The notes below the pieces were generated by a model. The model made no database searches, was not told the DNA's origin, and worked only from the letters and a program-made list of their open reading frames with translations. Positions 1 to 13,181 of a stretch of 64,000 bases of DNA are shown here, one piece after another (within the stretch, counting starts at the first letter, position 1; each line of letters starts with the position of its first letter). Location: positions 99,698,001 to 99,762,000 of the forward strand of contig NW_024704742.1 of NCBI RefSeq assembly GCF_018977255.1, in the 5' to 3' direction. Source of the DNA: Callorhinchus milii (lineage: Eukaryota). A program made the position numbers and the translations under genes.

Positions 1-945
1 TCTGCTAAAATGAACTAATGCTATTCTTTTGAACTGGAGCAAACCAGTTTTCAAATAAAGACTAAATTTAAGCATTTTTCAAGACTCTGCACAATCTTAA
101 TTTTTAAGACACTACTCTCAAGACTAAGACCATGAGAAATGTTGAGGACAGAATAAGGCTTGGTTATAATGCCACTCTTGACCCAAATAACCTGATAACT
201 ATGTAGACTTAAACATGAGGAATACCCAGTTGGAAGGCACTCTGGTGTCCAGGGAACTATACCGAAACTCCTTTAGGATACAACTAGAGTAAAATTCTAC
301 TCGTGTGATTTTGATTCCTAGTCACTGAAGTGCGGTTGGTGGCATTTAAATTACCTTGATAATGGTTTGAATGTTAGATATGTCTTCTGATATTAAATGG
401 ATATCCAATAAACTTTATCCTTACTCACCTACAGAGAAAATGTCAAAAGCTTGCCCTTAAAACTTGTAGAATTAGAAGGATAAAACACAGATTAGATTGC
501 TCTGGACTAAAATTGTCATCCTGATACCCAATTGTCTTGGCCTTAGATAGTTGATCTTTCACATTGTAATGAATACCCATTTCATACATGGAATAAAACC
601 CAATGCAGTGACTGACCTCATTAGATGTGCTGTGATGCTGCATTTTTACAATACATGCCTTTGAGCGGTGAGTAGGGATGAGTGAAGCCTGACCAACTCA
701 GATGAAATTTGAAAGATTCACCACGCTCGTATTTTTACAATATCCTCTCCCACTAAATATATTTGCCGATTTTTTTAATGAAATTCCAACACAACTGATG
801 ACTTGTGTCCAATGTTAGCAAACTGTTCTCAGTTGGATTCTTTTTTTTTGTCATATTAATCTAGATTTGCAGTTGAATTGGGGAGAGGGGGGGAGGATGT
901 CTCCACCTCCACACAATAATGGATGATGTTTTTCATTCTTTCATT

Positions 946-1030
946 CCTTCGGATGAGATGTTAAACTGAGGTCCCTAAGAGATTCCTGGCGCTATTCGAA
1001 AAGAGAAGGGAGTTTCAACCGGTGTCCTGC
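946..1030 (+). mobile_element. Deu-domain SINE fragment (old SINE family)
   Basis: CTTCGGATGAGATGTTAAACTGAGGTCCC...TTCGAAAAGAGAAGGGAGTTTC..GGTGTCCTG matches the central part of the long copy at 59343-59762 and the Deu core of AmnSINE1/SacSINE1-type SINEs. Confidence 0.7.
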
Positions 1031-1045
1031 TCATAAATATATATA

Positions 1046-1520
1046 TACACGGTAACCAAAAAATCAGGAAACCATTTTTTTTAATAATAATTACTTTATT
1101 TCTTCTTCATTGTGATTAGCTCAGCCTGTAGCTCAGTGGTTAGAGCACTCGGGTTCTATTCCCGGCAAGGTGAAATGTTGGGCAAGTTGGGCAAGGAACC
1201 CCATTGTTAGTCAATTGGTGGATTGCTTTTCTGGGGATAATAATTCTTCAAACAAAAAAAAAGCAATGATAATACTTTGATCACTCAATCCACGACTGTT
1301 TGTGGGACACTGTTGTGCACAATTGGCTGCTGTGTTTTGCCAACAAATATACAGTGATTTCATTTTACAGTATATTCTGTGAAGCGCTTTGAGACGCCTA
1401 GAAGATGTGAAAAGCATGATATCAAATGCAATATTATTATATCACATTATTATTATCATTTCTTATAATAATAACTTATTAAACATTGTAATGGTATCAC
1501 AACTTTTTGGTCACCCTGTA
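1046..1520. mobile_element. Non-autonomous Tc1/mariner-type DNA element (MITE) containing a nested SINE
   Basis: 1046-1075 TACACGGTAACCAAAAAATCAGGAAACCAT versus the reverse complement of 1491-1520 TACAGGGTGACCAAAAAGTTGTGATACCAT: 23/30 identical, including TA at both outer ends. Confidence 0.6.
1124..1458 (+). mobile_element. tRNA-derived SINE with L2-like tail (diverged, internally deleted copy)
   Basis: Head GCCTGTAGCTCAGTGGTTAGAGCACTCG; body and tail match 28589-28912; ATT-rich end. Confidence 0.85.
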
Positions 1521-4283
1521 TCTTATAATACATTATGTACATATATATATATAAAGATAAATGACAGCACCAGATCCTGGCTGTGGTTTTGGAGTGACAA
1601 GCTATGATAATGATGATCCTGGCGAACAATCCCCTAATACATTAGACAAAAGTTATTTGCTCCATGACTGTGTGCACAAATTTGCTTCTACATTTGCCCT
1701 ATTTTTGACCTTTCTAAATCTTTGTACCTAAGTTTCACATCAATCAAGAGCTTTACTATCTAAGCCATCAAGATAAATTGTTCCTTCAATATGGTAAATG
1801 GAAGGATTATTATTATTAAGGCATCAAGCACTCCAGGACGCTACCATGCGTGAAGGGACGCTATATAAATGCAAGTTGTTGTTCCATTCATTACAGTGAC
1901 CTGGCTGGCATCGGTGTCTCACAGTGTGGGTAAATATGGGTACATAAATGAACCAGATTGTCTCTCCGATGTGCCAGCTGGACTTTGCTTTAAACAGCTT
2001 ACATTTTATTTCTGTATTCATGGACTTGGCCTTAGGCCCATCAGGAAATAAACCGCAATCTAACAATAGCCATACCAACTTGTAGTCATCATGAAATCTA
2101 TCCGATTTATCTATGCTTGTTTATGAGTTTACACATGATAATTATCACATGAGAGTCAAACCAGTTAATAAGTCAAATCAGTTGGATATGAACCCTTTCC
2201 TCCTCTTCCCCACCACCCATCCCAAACCTTTGGCAGAGAGGTTGCACCCGAAGCTGTCCCAAAGGCAAATCTCACTTCATGAGGTAGAATTTGATGGCTC
2301 CTTTCATTTCTCTAACTATCTTTTAAATTAAAAGTGGACAGAAAGGGCACTAAGATCAAAGACATGTTTGAAAAAGCAGAAAGAAAATGCAAAGCAAGTA
2401 CTTGTTTGAGCTGATAAATAAACCAGGAGATTGGGGGGGGGATCAGGGATCTGTTACAGATATATCTTGTCAGAAAATCACAAATACTCTAATTCTGACT
2501 GTTACATTGGCTTCTATATTAAATAACATCTGTTCATGTTTGTTTAAGGCAAAAGGTGGTTAGCTTAATGGACTATTTATAGGTGCAGGATATGACAACA
2601 GGCTCATTATGAACCCACTTGCAAAGCTGACCTTTGCAGGATGTCAAAGTGCTTATTTTATGGTAGGTGTATAAAATAATAGAGCTATTCACTGAAAATG
2701 AGATTCTGCTGTTACAGTTTGCTGATAGCAGCAGCAGAAGATAAGAATGGGAATAATAAACAGACCCATTGGGAAGCTTGAAGAGGTGAAAAAATCTATA
2801 GTGTCCCTCTTACCTATCGACAGAAGGGCCAGTTGACCTAAAAAAAATTCCATGTATTGTGTTATGCATAGATTTATTTTGTGTGTATATGTGGAATACA
2901 GCAAATCCAGGATGCAAGTGACATCAAATAAAATAATGTCAGTAATATATTTTTTCACAAATTTCAATTGCATCTGACACATCTGATGTAATTTCACAGC
3001 AGCACATCTCTCACTTCACCAAACAATGGCAAAGCGTGCATTGAATAGCAAGAGTTTCCAACCCACTGACTGGAATCTGTGCCTTGAATACAGATTTGGT
3101 TCTTAAAAAAATAAGACAGCCATTTGTTTTAGTGCTTTATATTTGAGGCACACTAGCATTATACAGAATATATATTTACACTTTTGTGTAGATACATATA
3201 TTTACATTTATATTGTAACAATAAAGTGGTTGATGGCAGCGGTTTAAACTATGAAGCAGAGGGTGCATTTTAAACAATTAAATATAAATTTGCTGCACTT
3301 GTCCATTAGCTCTGAGCATCCTGTAATTCTTTAGCATGCGCCGTGTTAGAATGTTAATTGAGTTTGACATAAGCATGGATAAAAATGCATCATGCAGTCG
3401 AAATTACCAGCATTGAAACTGATTACCAATTATAATCACTCTATATACTGTGACAACACACAGGGATGGAGATGTTGAGTATCTCAGCTTGTAATATTCT
3501 CCAGATTGTTTAAAGCAACTGACTACGTGTTCTGAACCCAACTGAGGTACTTGGTATGCATGTTAGACCTGACAGCCTCAGTACATCATTTATTTATGCA
3601 GTCTCCTGAACTGTAAATCCATGGGAAGGAGAAAAAAACCTTTTAATAAAACCCCATTTCAGAAGACTTTAACGTGCAAGCAATAATGTTGGCACTGGAA
3701 ACGGACAAACCATTCCATCGTGGTAAACATTTTCATTTTTATTAGAGCGCTTCATCCTTACGTGCATCGAGCCCACCTATGGCTTTCTCAGGGGAGAAAA
3801 TAAAGAACAAGGCTTCCATTTAATCTTCCTCGCCTTCAGACTGAATATCTGGAAATGAAGATGGATGTGACACTGAGCATGAAACCACAGTGTATGACAT
3901 GGCTGTCATAACCTTCCTATTTGGTTTACAAATTGGTTTATGGTTCTGTCAGTACAGTTTCATCAGCAAGAACTATGCCAAACACACTGCTGTTTGTCTG
4001 CTTAAAGCCCCAGCAAACAGGATGCAGGAAATGACATAGTGACCTTACTAACAGAGTAAGAAAACATCAATCTTAATTTAAAACCTCCTGCCACTGGGAC
4101 GCAGAAGGTACAAGCAGTCACCTGCTAAGCAGAGGGAGAAACAAAAATGTTCCCCAGCAGTCGGAAAAGAAAGAGTTCTTGCGACCTGACTGTATGATCC
4201 TATGAATGTATTCACACTGTACAAAATGATATTGCTCACGTAGTGAGTTTTTTTAAAAATAATAAAAGCAGATCACCCGCCAT

Positions 4284-4460
4284 TAATAATAATCGTTGCA
4301 TTTGATATAGGGCCTTATCATGTCATTGAGCCGTCTCAAAGCGCTTGACAGAAGATACTGTAAGGTATAGTGACTGTATATTATAGGTGAATGCGGGAGC
4401 CAATTTGATACAGAAATATCCCCCAAACAGCCATGAAGTGAATGGCCATTTTGTTTTATT
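4284..4460 (-). mobile_element. SINE 3' fragment
   Basis: (AAT)n-CGTTGCATTTGATATAG...TCTCAAAGCGCTT is the reverse complement of the SINE tail. Confidence 0.7.
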
Positions 4461-5661
4461 TTGTTTTAATGCAAACCATGTTATAATGCTCTTCAGTTCA
4501 AAGTCAGCCTTATATTTACTCGCCAAACAACACTCTCTACTTTTCAGATTTACAGATGACTTCCACAAAGTACGCTTTTACTTTCAATCTTTCTATTAAA
4601 CTATCCCTTTTACATATAAAGGCAGTATTTCTGAAAAAGTCACTCCCTGAAATGTATTAAAAACAATCACAATGCCAGCACTCACAGCAACGTGAGCTCT
4701 CATCAATCACACAGAACAAAGTGTTCAGAGCCGTTCTCTGACATCAACAGCAACTTGCACTTATAAAGCAATGTTCATGTGGGAGACTTCTCAAAGCACT
4801 TTACCAAGATGGATTAAAATCCCGAGTCAAAAAAATCTTTTTTTAAGATAGATTTCGATTTTCCACATATCTAAGACACAAAATGGTTTTGCTTGAAAGC
4901 AGAAAGAAAGGAGGAGTGAAATGGAAGGATTTCCAGAGAGCAGGGGCAACGCAGAAACAGGCTATCAAGTCTGTGCTGGTGTTTTTTCTCCACATGAACC
5001 ACCTAGTCTAAGCCACTCCCCTGCTCCAACTCCCACACATTTTAATATTCCTCTGTTTTAAGCATCTAATTTCCTTTATAAAAATAATTCACAGAATCCA
5101 CTTCAATAACGCAGATTTCAATGTCTATGTTCGCTTATGAAAAGTGTCTGTTTGGGTGTGGTTTCAAAGCACAGCTTTATGGGTGACCAAAGAGCTGTAC
5201 CTCCATTCAAGAAATGAAATGATCCCAAAAATATTTACTGGTTCTGTAATTGGCTGCGTTCTACACTAAGATACTGCACCAAGATACTGCTGAATGTTGT
5301 TTTAGCTGCTGTACAGCAGAAAAACTACATGCGTTTTGCAAACTCAAAGAACATTCTATATTTGAAGATTCAAAAGCATTCTGTGTGAAAGAGGCTCCAT
5401 CCAATGCAAAGAATCCTAGTTCCAATGACAGCTGAACTTTAAAAGAGACTGAATTGAGTATTTGTATCAATAACCAGGTTTATTGCTGACAGCTCTAACC
5501 TCAGTGTGCACCCAGGCACAGCGCTTTCTGAACTGTGAAGAGGCTGGGGTACAGAAGAGGAAATGTCTTTGAGATACTGGATGATTCTATTAACCAGTTA
5601 TTTGAGCCTCCGTGCAGCTAACATATACCGATAAATCAGAGAAACATAAGCGAACAGAGGA

Positions 5662-5851
5662 GGCCTGAAGTTCCAACTCGCCTATAAGACCATTTTTGTC
5701 TTACAATTTAGAATTGTGGAAAAATTTTAAACTCAGTCTTACTTTGGAAACTGGTTCTTTCAAGAAAAGCAGAAAAGTGTCTTCTCTGCATTCTTACAAT
5801 TATAGGACACAAAATGGTTTTACATGCTAAGACTATGTGGAATTTTAGGCC
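5662..5851. mobile_element. Palindromic MITE-like element with GGCC termini
   Basis: GGCCTGAAGTTCCA versus the reverse complement of the right end GGCCTAAAATTCCA (12/14). Subterminal TAAGACCATTTTTGTC is mirrored by GACACAAAATGGTTTTA. Related sequence occurs at ~45-130, 43094-43306 and ~48660-48800. Confidence 0.55.
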
Positions 5852-5957
5852 ACAAGACCTGGGCTGAAGTACAGGGATGCAAGAAGCCCTACTGACGTCA
5901 CTTCCTTTGCAGGGTACATTAAGCAGCATGATGCATAATGTTTCTTGTGCATAATGC

Positions 5958-6439
5958 ACCAAGCTCCGTGAACCTATCAATTCCACCCTCGCCTGGCTTC
6001 ACTGGCTCCCCAACCCTAGAGTTCAAAATCCTTGTCCTTGCTTTCAAAGCTCTCCACAGCCTTGCTCCTCCCTATCTCTGTGACCTGCTATCTCCATATC
6101 GACCTCTCTGCTCCTTCCGCTCAACGGGCTCTGGGCTGTTCCATGTCCCCTGCCTTACCCCCCACCACCGGTGGTTAGGCATCCAGCCTTTCTGCCACCG
6201 CCATTTGGAACTCCATCCCAGTCCCTTCCCCTTGCCCCTCCCTTGCCTCCTTCAAGGCACGTCTCAAGACCTTCCTCTTTGATCGGGCCTTGGGCCACCA
6301 TTTTATTCCCACCCTGCCTGCTGTCCACCCTTCCTGGTCCCAACCCTCAGCTCGGATTCAAATCTTTGACTGGGCAGCACCTTAGGACATCCTCCTGATG
6401 TGAAAGGCTCTATACAAATGTAATTTGTTGTCGTTGTTG
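5958..6439 (+). mobile_element. L2 LINE 3' fragment (5'-truncated)
   Basis: Encodes EFKILVLAFKALHSLAPPYLCDLLSPY, homologous to the L2 ORF2 C-terminus at 60727-61949; ends GGACATCCTCCTGATGTGAAAGGCTCTATACAAATGTAA(TTG)n. Confidence 0.9.
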
Positions 6440-8394
6440 CACATGTGCATATCGCGCAGAACGTAATGTCAGTGAGGAACATGATGGCCNTTTTTTATCA
6501 TGGGAAGTCGGCTGGCAGCACTGGAAGCTAGGTATACAATAGCACGCTTTCCGCTTAGCACGGGTTCACAGTACACCAGTGCAACAAGTAAAGCTTCACT
6601 AAAACGGGGGTCATTACAATGGGGTTGCCCTGTATAACGTCAGATATACCATGTAGTTTAGAAAGAGTGGAACAAAAATTAAAATGCAAAATGACAATTC
6701 CTTTCCTATTTCACTTTTATTTGAAAATAGTTACAGCCTTTTGGTGCTTGTTTTACGTTTTGATTAGGCTAACAACTAATTAAACGGAGCAGCAAGCTAC
6801 GTAACTCGAATGGTTCCCCTGTTCCTGCTCAAAAGACACACTCTCCAGCCTAACACTGGATGGACAGCACCATCTGATTTATATAGTTTTGTATTCGGAA
6901 ACCTTAATAAGGAATACCGTTGGTATTCGCTTTGATCCTCAGGAACTTAGCTCCGAAAGGAGATCACATGGATTTCTTGCAGGTCGGCGTGATGTACTTC
7001 ATGTTTCCAAAGTCCCCGGTTACCCACACAACTCAGATTTCTACCACAAATTAGACGGCTGTCAGTTTGATCTCCTGTGCCCAGGTCATCTTTCTCTCGA
7101 GCACACATGCTTACAAGTTAACACACCAGCCACTTTCCATTTAATTTGCATTGAGATTTACTTAGTGGGACCTTCACCAGCTATTGACAAGTGTATAAGC
7201 GCCTCCTTGCAGGCAAAGCAGCTCTGTTGATGAATACATTCTCAATTTAAACTACAATAAGATGGATTCATTAAAAGTGGCCGGTATTTTTCACCTCAAG
7301 TTACACTTGTAAATAATTAAGTGCTATGTTTAGAAATCCCCAAGTGTACGAGAGTTTTAAATGGCTCCTGTGTAGGAATTAATACCCAGTCGCAGGCTGA
7401 AGTGTTTATTGGCGAGTATACTGTTAGATTCCTATGTTTATTGATATTAGGCTACATGTTTGAGATTTCTCATTAAACAGATCGTTTAATGAAAGTGTAC
7501 AATGAGCTTCCTATTAGGCAAATGAATGGGCCATTGCCACCGCTTCATTCCTGGAGTGTTGATAACCTTCACATTTGATACAGCGCCTTAGATATGATGT
7601 AGCTAGCTGTCGATTAACATGTATAGGGTTATAATGTGCTTTTGCTCTCTGGCAGAGACAAAGTCTACCTATAAAGTCTACCTAAGACTCGGCCCACATC
7701 AGAAAATAGCATTGTTTTTTATGCTTGTCATGTGATGCTTTTATTATTGTGGGTGCCTTATCATGACAGGCTATGAATGAGTGCTCCTCATCATTGTAGC
7801 TCACATGCATCCGCTTCCCTGTGATGTTGCACATTTGTGTACTGTACCACTCATTACATTCATTCTTCCATGTTTGAAACAGCTGCAGGAAAGCGATAAT
7901 AAAATAAAGTCATAAAATTATACAATCCACAGAGGTCCACCATTTGCTTAAAGAGTCAATTCAAGGGATGTGATGTTTGTTTTTCTGAGTTTATTCCAGC
8001 ATTGTACATTTTAGTTTAGAATCTGTCACAGCAGATGGGTCTGAAATGATCCAGTGTACTGCATGTGCAAAGAAGCAGAACTATTTAGATTGGTTCAAAT
8101 GTGTATACATATTGAATCCATTTATATAAGTGGAAAAAGCACAGTCTGAACTGTTTTTTTTCCCCGTTTCTATGTACAGGCCAGTTGTCAGGGTATAGTT
8201 ACAGTGGGTTTCAACAAAAACAACAACTTGCATTTACATAGTACTCTTCCTGCAGGATAATGTCTCCCCTTCCCCCTCCTGGAAAAAACGTGCTTCCTCA
8301 AAGGCAGTATTGGCAACAATACTGAGTTAGCTACCTTGCAGCCAGGCCTAAATCAAAGCACTGCCTTGGTCAGACACGGACTAATAAGATGGCA

Positions 8395-8638
8395 TGAAGA
8401 TGGGAGAAACTCCCTTCTCTTTTTAAATAGTGTCATGGGATCTTTAACGCACACCTAAACAGGCAGACGTGACCTCAGTTTAACATCTCCTCCAAACAAC
8501 GACACTTCCGACAACACATCCCCAGCACCGCATTGGAGTGTCAACTTAGACAATATGAGTTGAAAATCCTGACACTGGTGCTTGAACCACAACCTTCTGA
8601 CTCAGAAGCGAATGCTAGCGACTGAGCCAGGCTGACAC
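8395..8638 (-). mobile_element. Deu-domain SINE, 5' two-thirds
   Basis: The reverse strand reads a tRNA-like head (GTGTCAGCCTGGCTCAGT...TCTGAGTCAGAAGGTTGTGGTTCAAGC), then the Deu core (GATGTTAAACTGAGGTC...AAAGATCCCATGACACTATTT). Confidence 0.8.
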
Positions 8639-9489
8639 ACACAGAGCATTAGAATTGCAATGAGGTTGTCTTCAAGATATTCACTTGGATGAGTCACACA
8701 GAACTCAAATTCTCTTGGAAATGATAAATAGACTATTTCCTAAACACTGGTAATGGAGGAATAGTGGATGATGGATTCTCATGTCAAAAAACTGCAGCCC
8801 GTCAAGAGTGTTATAGCATGGGACTATTGTACTTACTGTTCTGAATCAGGTCACATTCTCTAAACAGCACAAAAGTGCCTAAATACAACTTGAATGATCT
8901 TTGTGATGATAATTATCTGGGAGGTTTGAGTCCTTTTCACGCCCCTGTCAAGGGACCACTCAGATGAATTTGTATTAATCATCCCACAATGCTTCCGGTT
9001 GAGACTCGTAATATGTTCTCCATTATGGTATGCTTCAGTAAACCAGAACTGTATTTCAACTCACAACTGCAGCTCTGAACAGATTTATTGCTCCTGCATA
9101 ACTCTCGGCTTCGGTGCAATTAGAAAGGAAATGGAGCAGGGAGACTCGATCCTGAATCTGCAGGTGATAACCTTATGAACTGGCAGCAAAGGTCCAGGTT
9201 TAGTCTATCAGTAAAAAGGTGCACTAAGCACGTGCATCCGACTGATTTTTCTAGGCTTATGTGTTAGTCAAATCCCAGCTGTATTGCTGCAGTACAGACC
9301 GTTTTACAAAGTACCACATCTTCAAAGATCCTTCAAAATGTTGGAGGAGTTTCCTGTGATAAAATATTAAAGGGCAACAACCATAAAGGTAATGTAATGC
9401 TCACATACTCTCATTCGTCTGAAGGGTACAATTTTTTCAAAAAAAAGCTCACGTTACGGGAGCAGGAACACTGACTAGCCTTTACTTCA

Positions 9490-9625
9490 ACAACATGTTT
9501 AAGAGGAAATGTGATTCAGACATAAGGAGAAGGGAATAGAGGGGTATGGGAGAGGGGTATAGGAAGAGTGAGGCTTAAACACTGTGATGGACTGATTGGA
9601 CTGATTGCCTTTTTCTGTGCTGTAG
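9490..9625 (+). mobile_element. CR1 LINE 3' end remnant
   Basis: GGAGAAGGGAATAGAGGGGTATGGG...GGACTGATTGCCTTTTTCTGTGCTGTA resembles the CR1 3' ends at 23890-23981 and 31270-31520. Confidence 0.55.
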
Positions 9626-11684
9626 GGTTCAATCGAGTTCTAGCCTTGAAAGGGGAAAAATGCAGCCAAAATTTCCCCTCCTGATCCCGATCTAGTGACC
9701 GTGAAATCATAAAGCTGGTTCTGTACTAGGTTATACCACATAAGAGGTTACATGACTCATTGTGTCTACAACAACAACAATAACAACTTACATTTATATA
9801 GCGCCCCTCACGTGGGGTAGCACCCCAGAATGTTTGGCCCAGCCCCTCCTATTCACCGTGTCATTTATTCTCACCTGATTCTCCTGCTTTTTTTCCCCTT
9901 TATCATTTAATACGATTTTTCTTCCAGTATTTATTCAATTCCCTTTTAAATGCTGTTATGAACTTGTTGACAACAATCGTTTCAAGGTGAGGCATTCCCT
10001 GTGCTAGAAAGTGCTTGTGAGTGAATCTTGGGTGAAGGTTAAATCAGATATGATGCTCACCTCCCTCCCTCCAAATTCAAATCGTACTCACTGTCTGAGC
10101 CACCCCACGTGTACACACACCCACATGCTGGTACCTTTGGAACTGCAGACCTTCATGAGTCAATCTCTTCCAGTCGTGAGTGGAAGAAATTAAAGAGGGA
10201 GGTAATTGAGAGAAAAATAACCTTTTAAGAAAAAAGACATTATTGGTATACAGTGCTTGGTAATTCAAGCTCTAACCTTGCTATTCCCTTCTCATTCCAA
10301 CCTGTATGCTGTTCGCTTACAAATACAGTCACTGCACTTTGCAGTAAAATTCTATGAAGTCTGAGACCCCTTTCATTTATATACCTTCAGCTGGCAGATT
10401 CATAACATTGGCAGATTCATAACATTGACAGTAAATAATTATGAAATAGCACTTCATTAAAGGAGTTGCTTATTTAAGATCAAATCAGAACTGTTAAGCA
10501 TCAGTTAGTGAAATGTTTAAATAATATGTGTTTTCAGATTTTTTTCACAAATCAAATTGATCAAACAGACCATTTAATCTAAATGCATTTAAACTAGGCA
10601 AAGAAATTCACAATCTGGTAATGACCTTTGTACATCACAGCACAAATTGATTTTGAAGACCTTTAGCTCCCAGATAATTAGACTCGCTTCATATATATTC
10701 ATCAGCCTCCTGCTGTGAGAAGATCACACAGGGCAAGTCTGCTACTGACTTGTCTCTCCTGGCTGTTTGCTTTTGGGCTAAGCAGGACTTGTGTTGTAGC
10801 CTGAATTCATTCCTCTGTTTGTTATTCTGTGTCTTTGGAAGTCTCTTACTCTGATTTTGCAAATGCACCATAGTCAGTATTGAATACAGCATCATTCTGG
10901 ATTTAGATTTTTCTGGGTTTGTTTCTGTGTGTGGGACGGTATGTGGCTCCTCCCTTCAATAAGGGAAAATTGGGGGAGGGGATGGGTAGGGAATGGGGAA
11001 GGGAATGCGGAAAAACAAAATTCTGTTTGTCCCAAGCCCTTTTGAGGTTAGGGGTTCACGATTGCTGCGTAATATCTAATACAGAGTGAGTGAAATAGAA
11101 GCAGAGTCTGTCTGCCTCTATTGTCTATTGCGAGGTGACCTTTTATTGATGTCTTTCTCCCACTGCCTTTAGGATTTTCTTTCTTGCTATGACTTTCTCT
11201 ATCTCTACATCTATTTTCTCTCTTTTTCTGACTAACCCGTTACACAGTACAAAAATAACCTAGGAACTTCACACACGTTGACACAACAATCCAATTCTAT
11301 GTGCCATCAGGTCGGAGGGGATTAGGAATCCATCGTGATAGCCACTGGAATCAGAGTGGGGGAGTTTAGTCTCCGTCGTCTCGAATGATGGATCACCATT
11401 AAGGGAAATGAGAGATGCTTTTTCCTCATTGGCCATTGACTATTGACAGCAGAGGATGGGAACAACTACCCTGGGATTCTTCTCTCTACTCTCTCTCTCT
11501 CTCTACAGTTCTATTCCTGTTATTTGGGTAATGGCTGATTGGGAAATGGTGGGCCATGTGACTGAACATGTGTAGGAACATATGATGTCATTGAGTCTGC
11601 AGTGACATTTGAGGTTATATGATACTAACATGTACATAAACATGATGGTGTCACTGGTTACGAGCACACACAGAAACAAATGCT

Positions 11685-12050
11685 ATTGGGGTCAAATGGT
11701 CAGTGCAATGTCCTTCAGCCTCTGGGACCTGGGTTTCTATGCAGCACTGAATAAGATAAAGGTTTTCTCTCTCTACCGGTTGCAGATTGTGTATGTCACC
11801 GTTGTGATGATGTGATGGTGGCCTGTAGAGTCATACCATCCAATGCTTTGGTGCGTGGGGTCACTAAGGCTCAATAGAAGGCAAAATAGAATATTGACCA
11901 AATCTAAACCAAAACTACAGCTCAGTTTTCCAAGGTATCCTCGACTCTTTTCGTAGCTTAGTGAAAACTCTGCCGATCTATAATCATCCACTCTACCCTA
12001 TTGTGTATGTGCGCATGACGAGGCTGGATTGAGTAAAGAGGATAACCAGG
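11685..12050 (+). mobile_element. Possible ancient tRNA-headed SINE (unclassified)
   Basis: GGGGTCAAATGGTCAGTGCAATGTCCTTCAGCCTCTGGGACCTGGGTTTC resembles a decayed A-box/B-box tRNA-like head; extent uncertain. Confidence 0.3.
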
Positions 12051-13127
12051 ATTTGACAATAAATAGGTTACATTACCAGATTAAAAATGAAGTGATATTG
12101 ATTGAAAAGAATAGGTACCTTCGGGGACAAGTGACAGTCACAGAGGGATTGGAGGTTTAGGCTGGCAGTGGTTGCTTTTTGAGTTTTCTCCCGTGCTGCA
12201 GTAACTGGCTGCTTCAGACATCACCTGAATTTGTTTGTATATTTATTATTCTATCGTGTTCATTTTGCGAAGCTTTGCAAATTATGCCGCTTTTCCAAGA
12301 CGTTTATTCATACAGCCACTTGCAATTTCCTCCTTTGGTTTTGCCACAAGCACTCACTCCTCCGCACTTAATGGTTCTGCCATGTTCACCTCCACATTAA
12401 TCTGATGTTTACGATTAGATTGAAGGATTATTCTCCCAGAACCCTCCTCTCTACTCGAAGATTAATCCCTCTTCTGTCTGACATTACCTGCTGTTATGAC
12501 CTGCCTGGCATCAGAGGAGGGTCACTATGGGTTAATTTACAAGAACGCAATGTGCTCTTTGCATTGAACAAATAATCCTTCTTCAGTTCAAGACTCACTC
12601 TTTCATTTAAATGTTCTTTTCTTTCCTCTCCAGTATTCTCCCTGGTTGTGCTCTACAGCACCTTGCCTACGTATAAGCGCGGACAGTGAGCAATGTAGCC
12701 GAGCCGAACATTTCCCTTACACAACAATATGAAGAAGGGGGTGTTACTGGGTAGCAATCTGGAAGCAAATTCCCTGACTTGTTTTTCTTGTGTTTTCATT
12801 GTGAAACCAACTGGTAAAGCCCCCTCAGCTGACATAGGTGAACTCAATAATTATAACAATAATAATACAGACATTGGGGTATAGTGCCTTATCATGTCAG
12901 AAAGATGTATCAAAGCACTTCACAGGATTTACCGTGAATTGGAGTGATGTGTATTTGTAGGCGATTACGCACAGCAATGTCCCACAAACAGCTATGAGAC
13001 GAATGACTCAGGCTCAGCTGCGATGCCCCGATGGCCATATTGTGTGCTGCTACTCTGCATTTACACTACACTGAGTAATAGTTACTCGGTGAAGGAACAG
13101 AGGATAACTTTCAGAGAGGAGGAAATT

Positions 13128-13181
13128 ATGTGCGTGTGTTTGTTCGTTTGTGTGTTTCTGTGTGTGTGTGTGTGTGTGTGT
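13128..13181. repeat. Imperfect (TG)n microsatellite
   Basis: Degenerate TG run ending in a pure (TG)n tract. Confidence 0.9.

Noticed and set aside
6490..6490. Single N base
   Set aside because: Assembly ambiguity, not biological
6985..7000. 16-bp inverted match (AAGTACATCACGCCGA) to ~23728-23743
   Set aside because: About one such 16-mer match is expected by chance in 64 kb, and the flanks do not align
10392..10425. 17-bp perfect tandem duplication (also a 13-bp one at ~7660-7685)
   Set aside because: Ordinary slippage-type micro-duplications with no further structure
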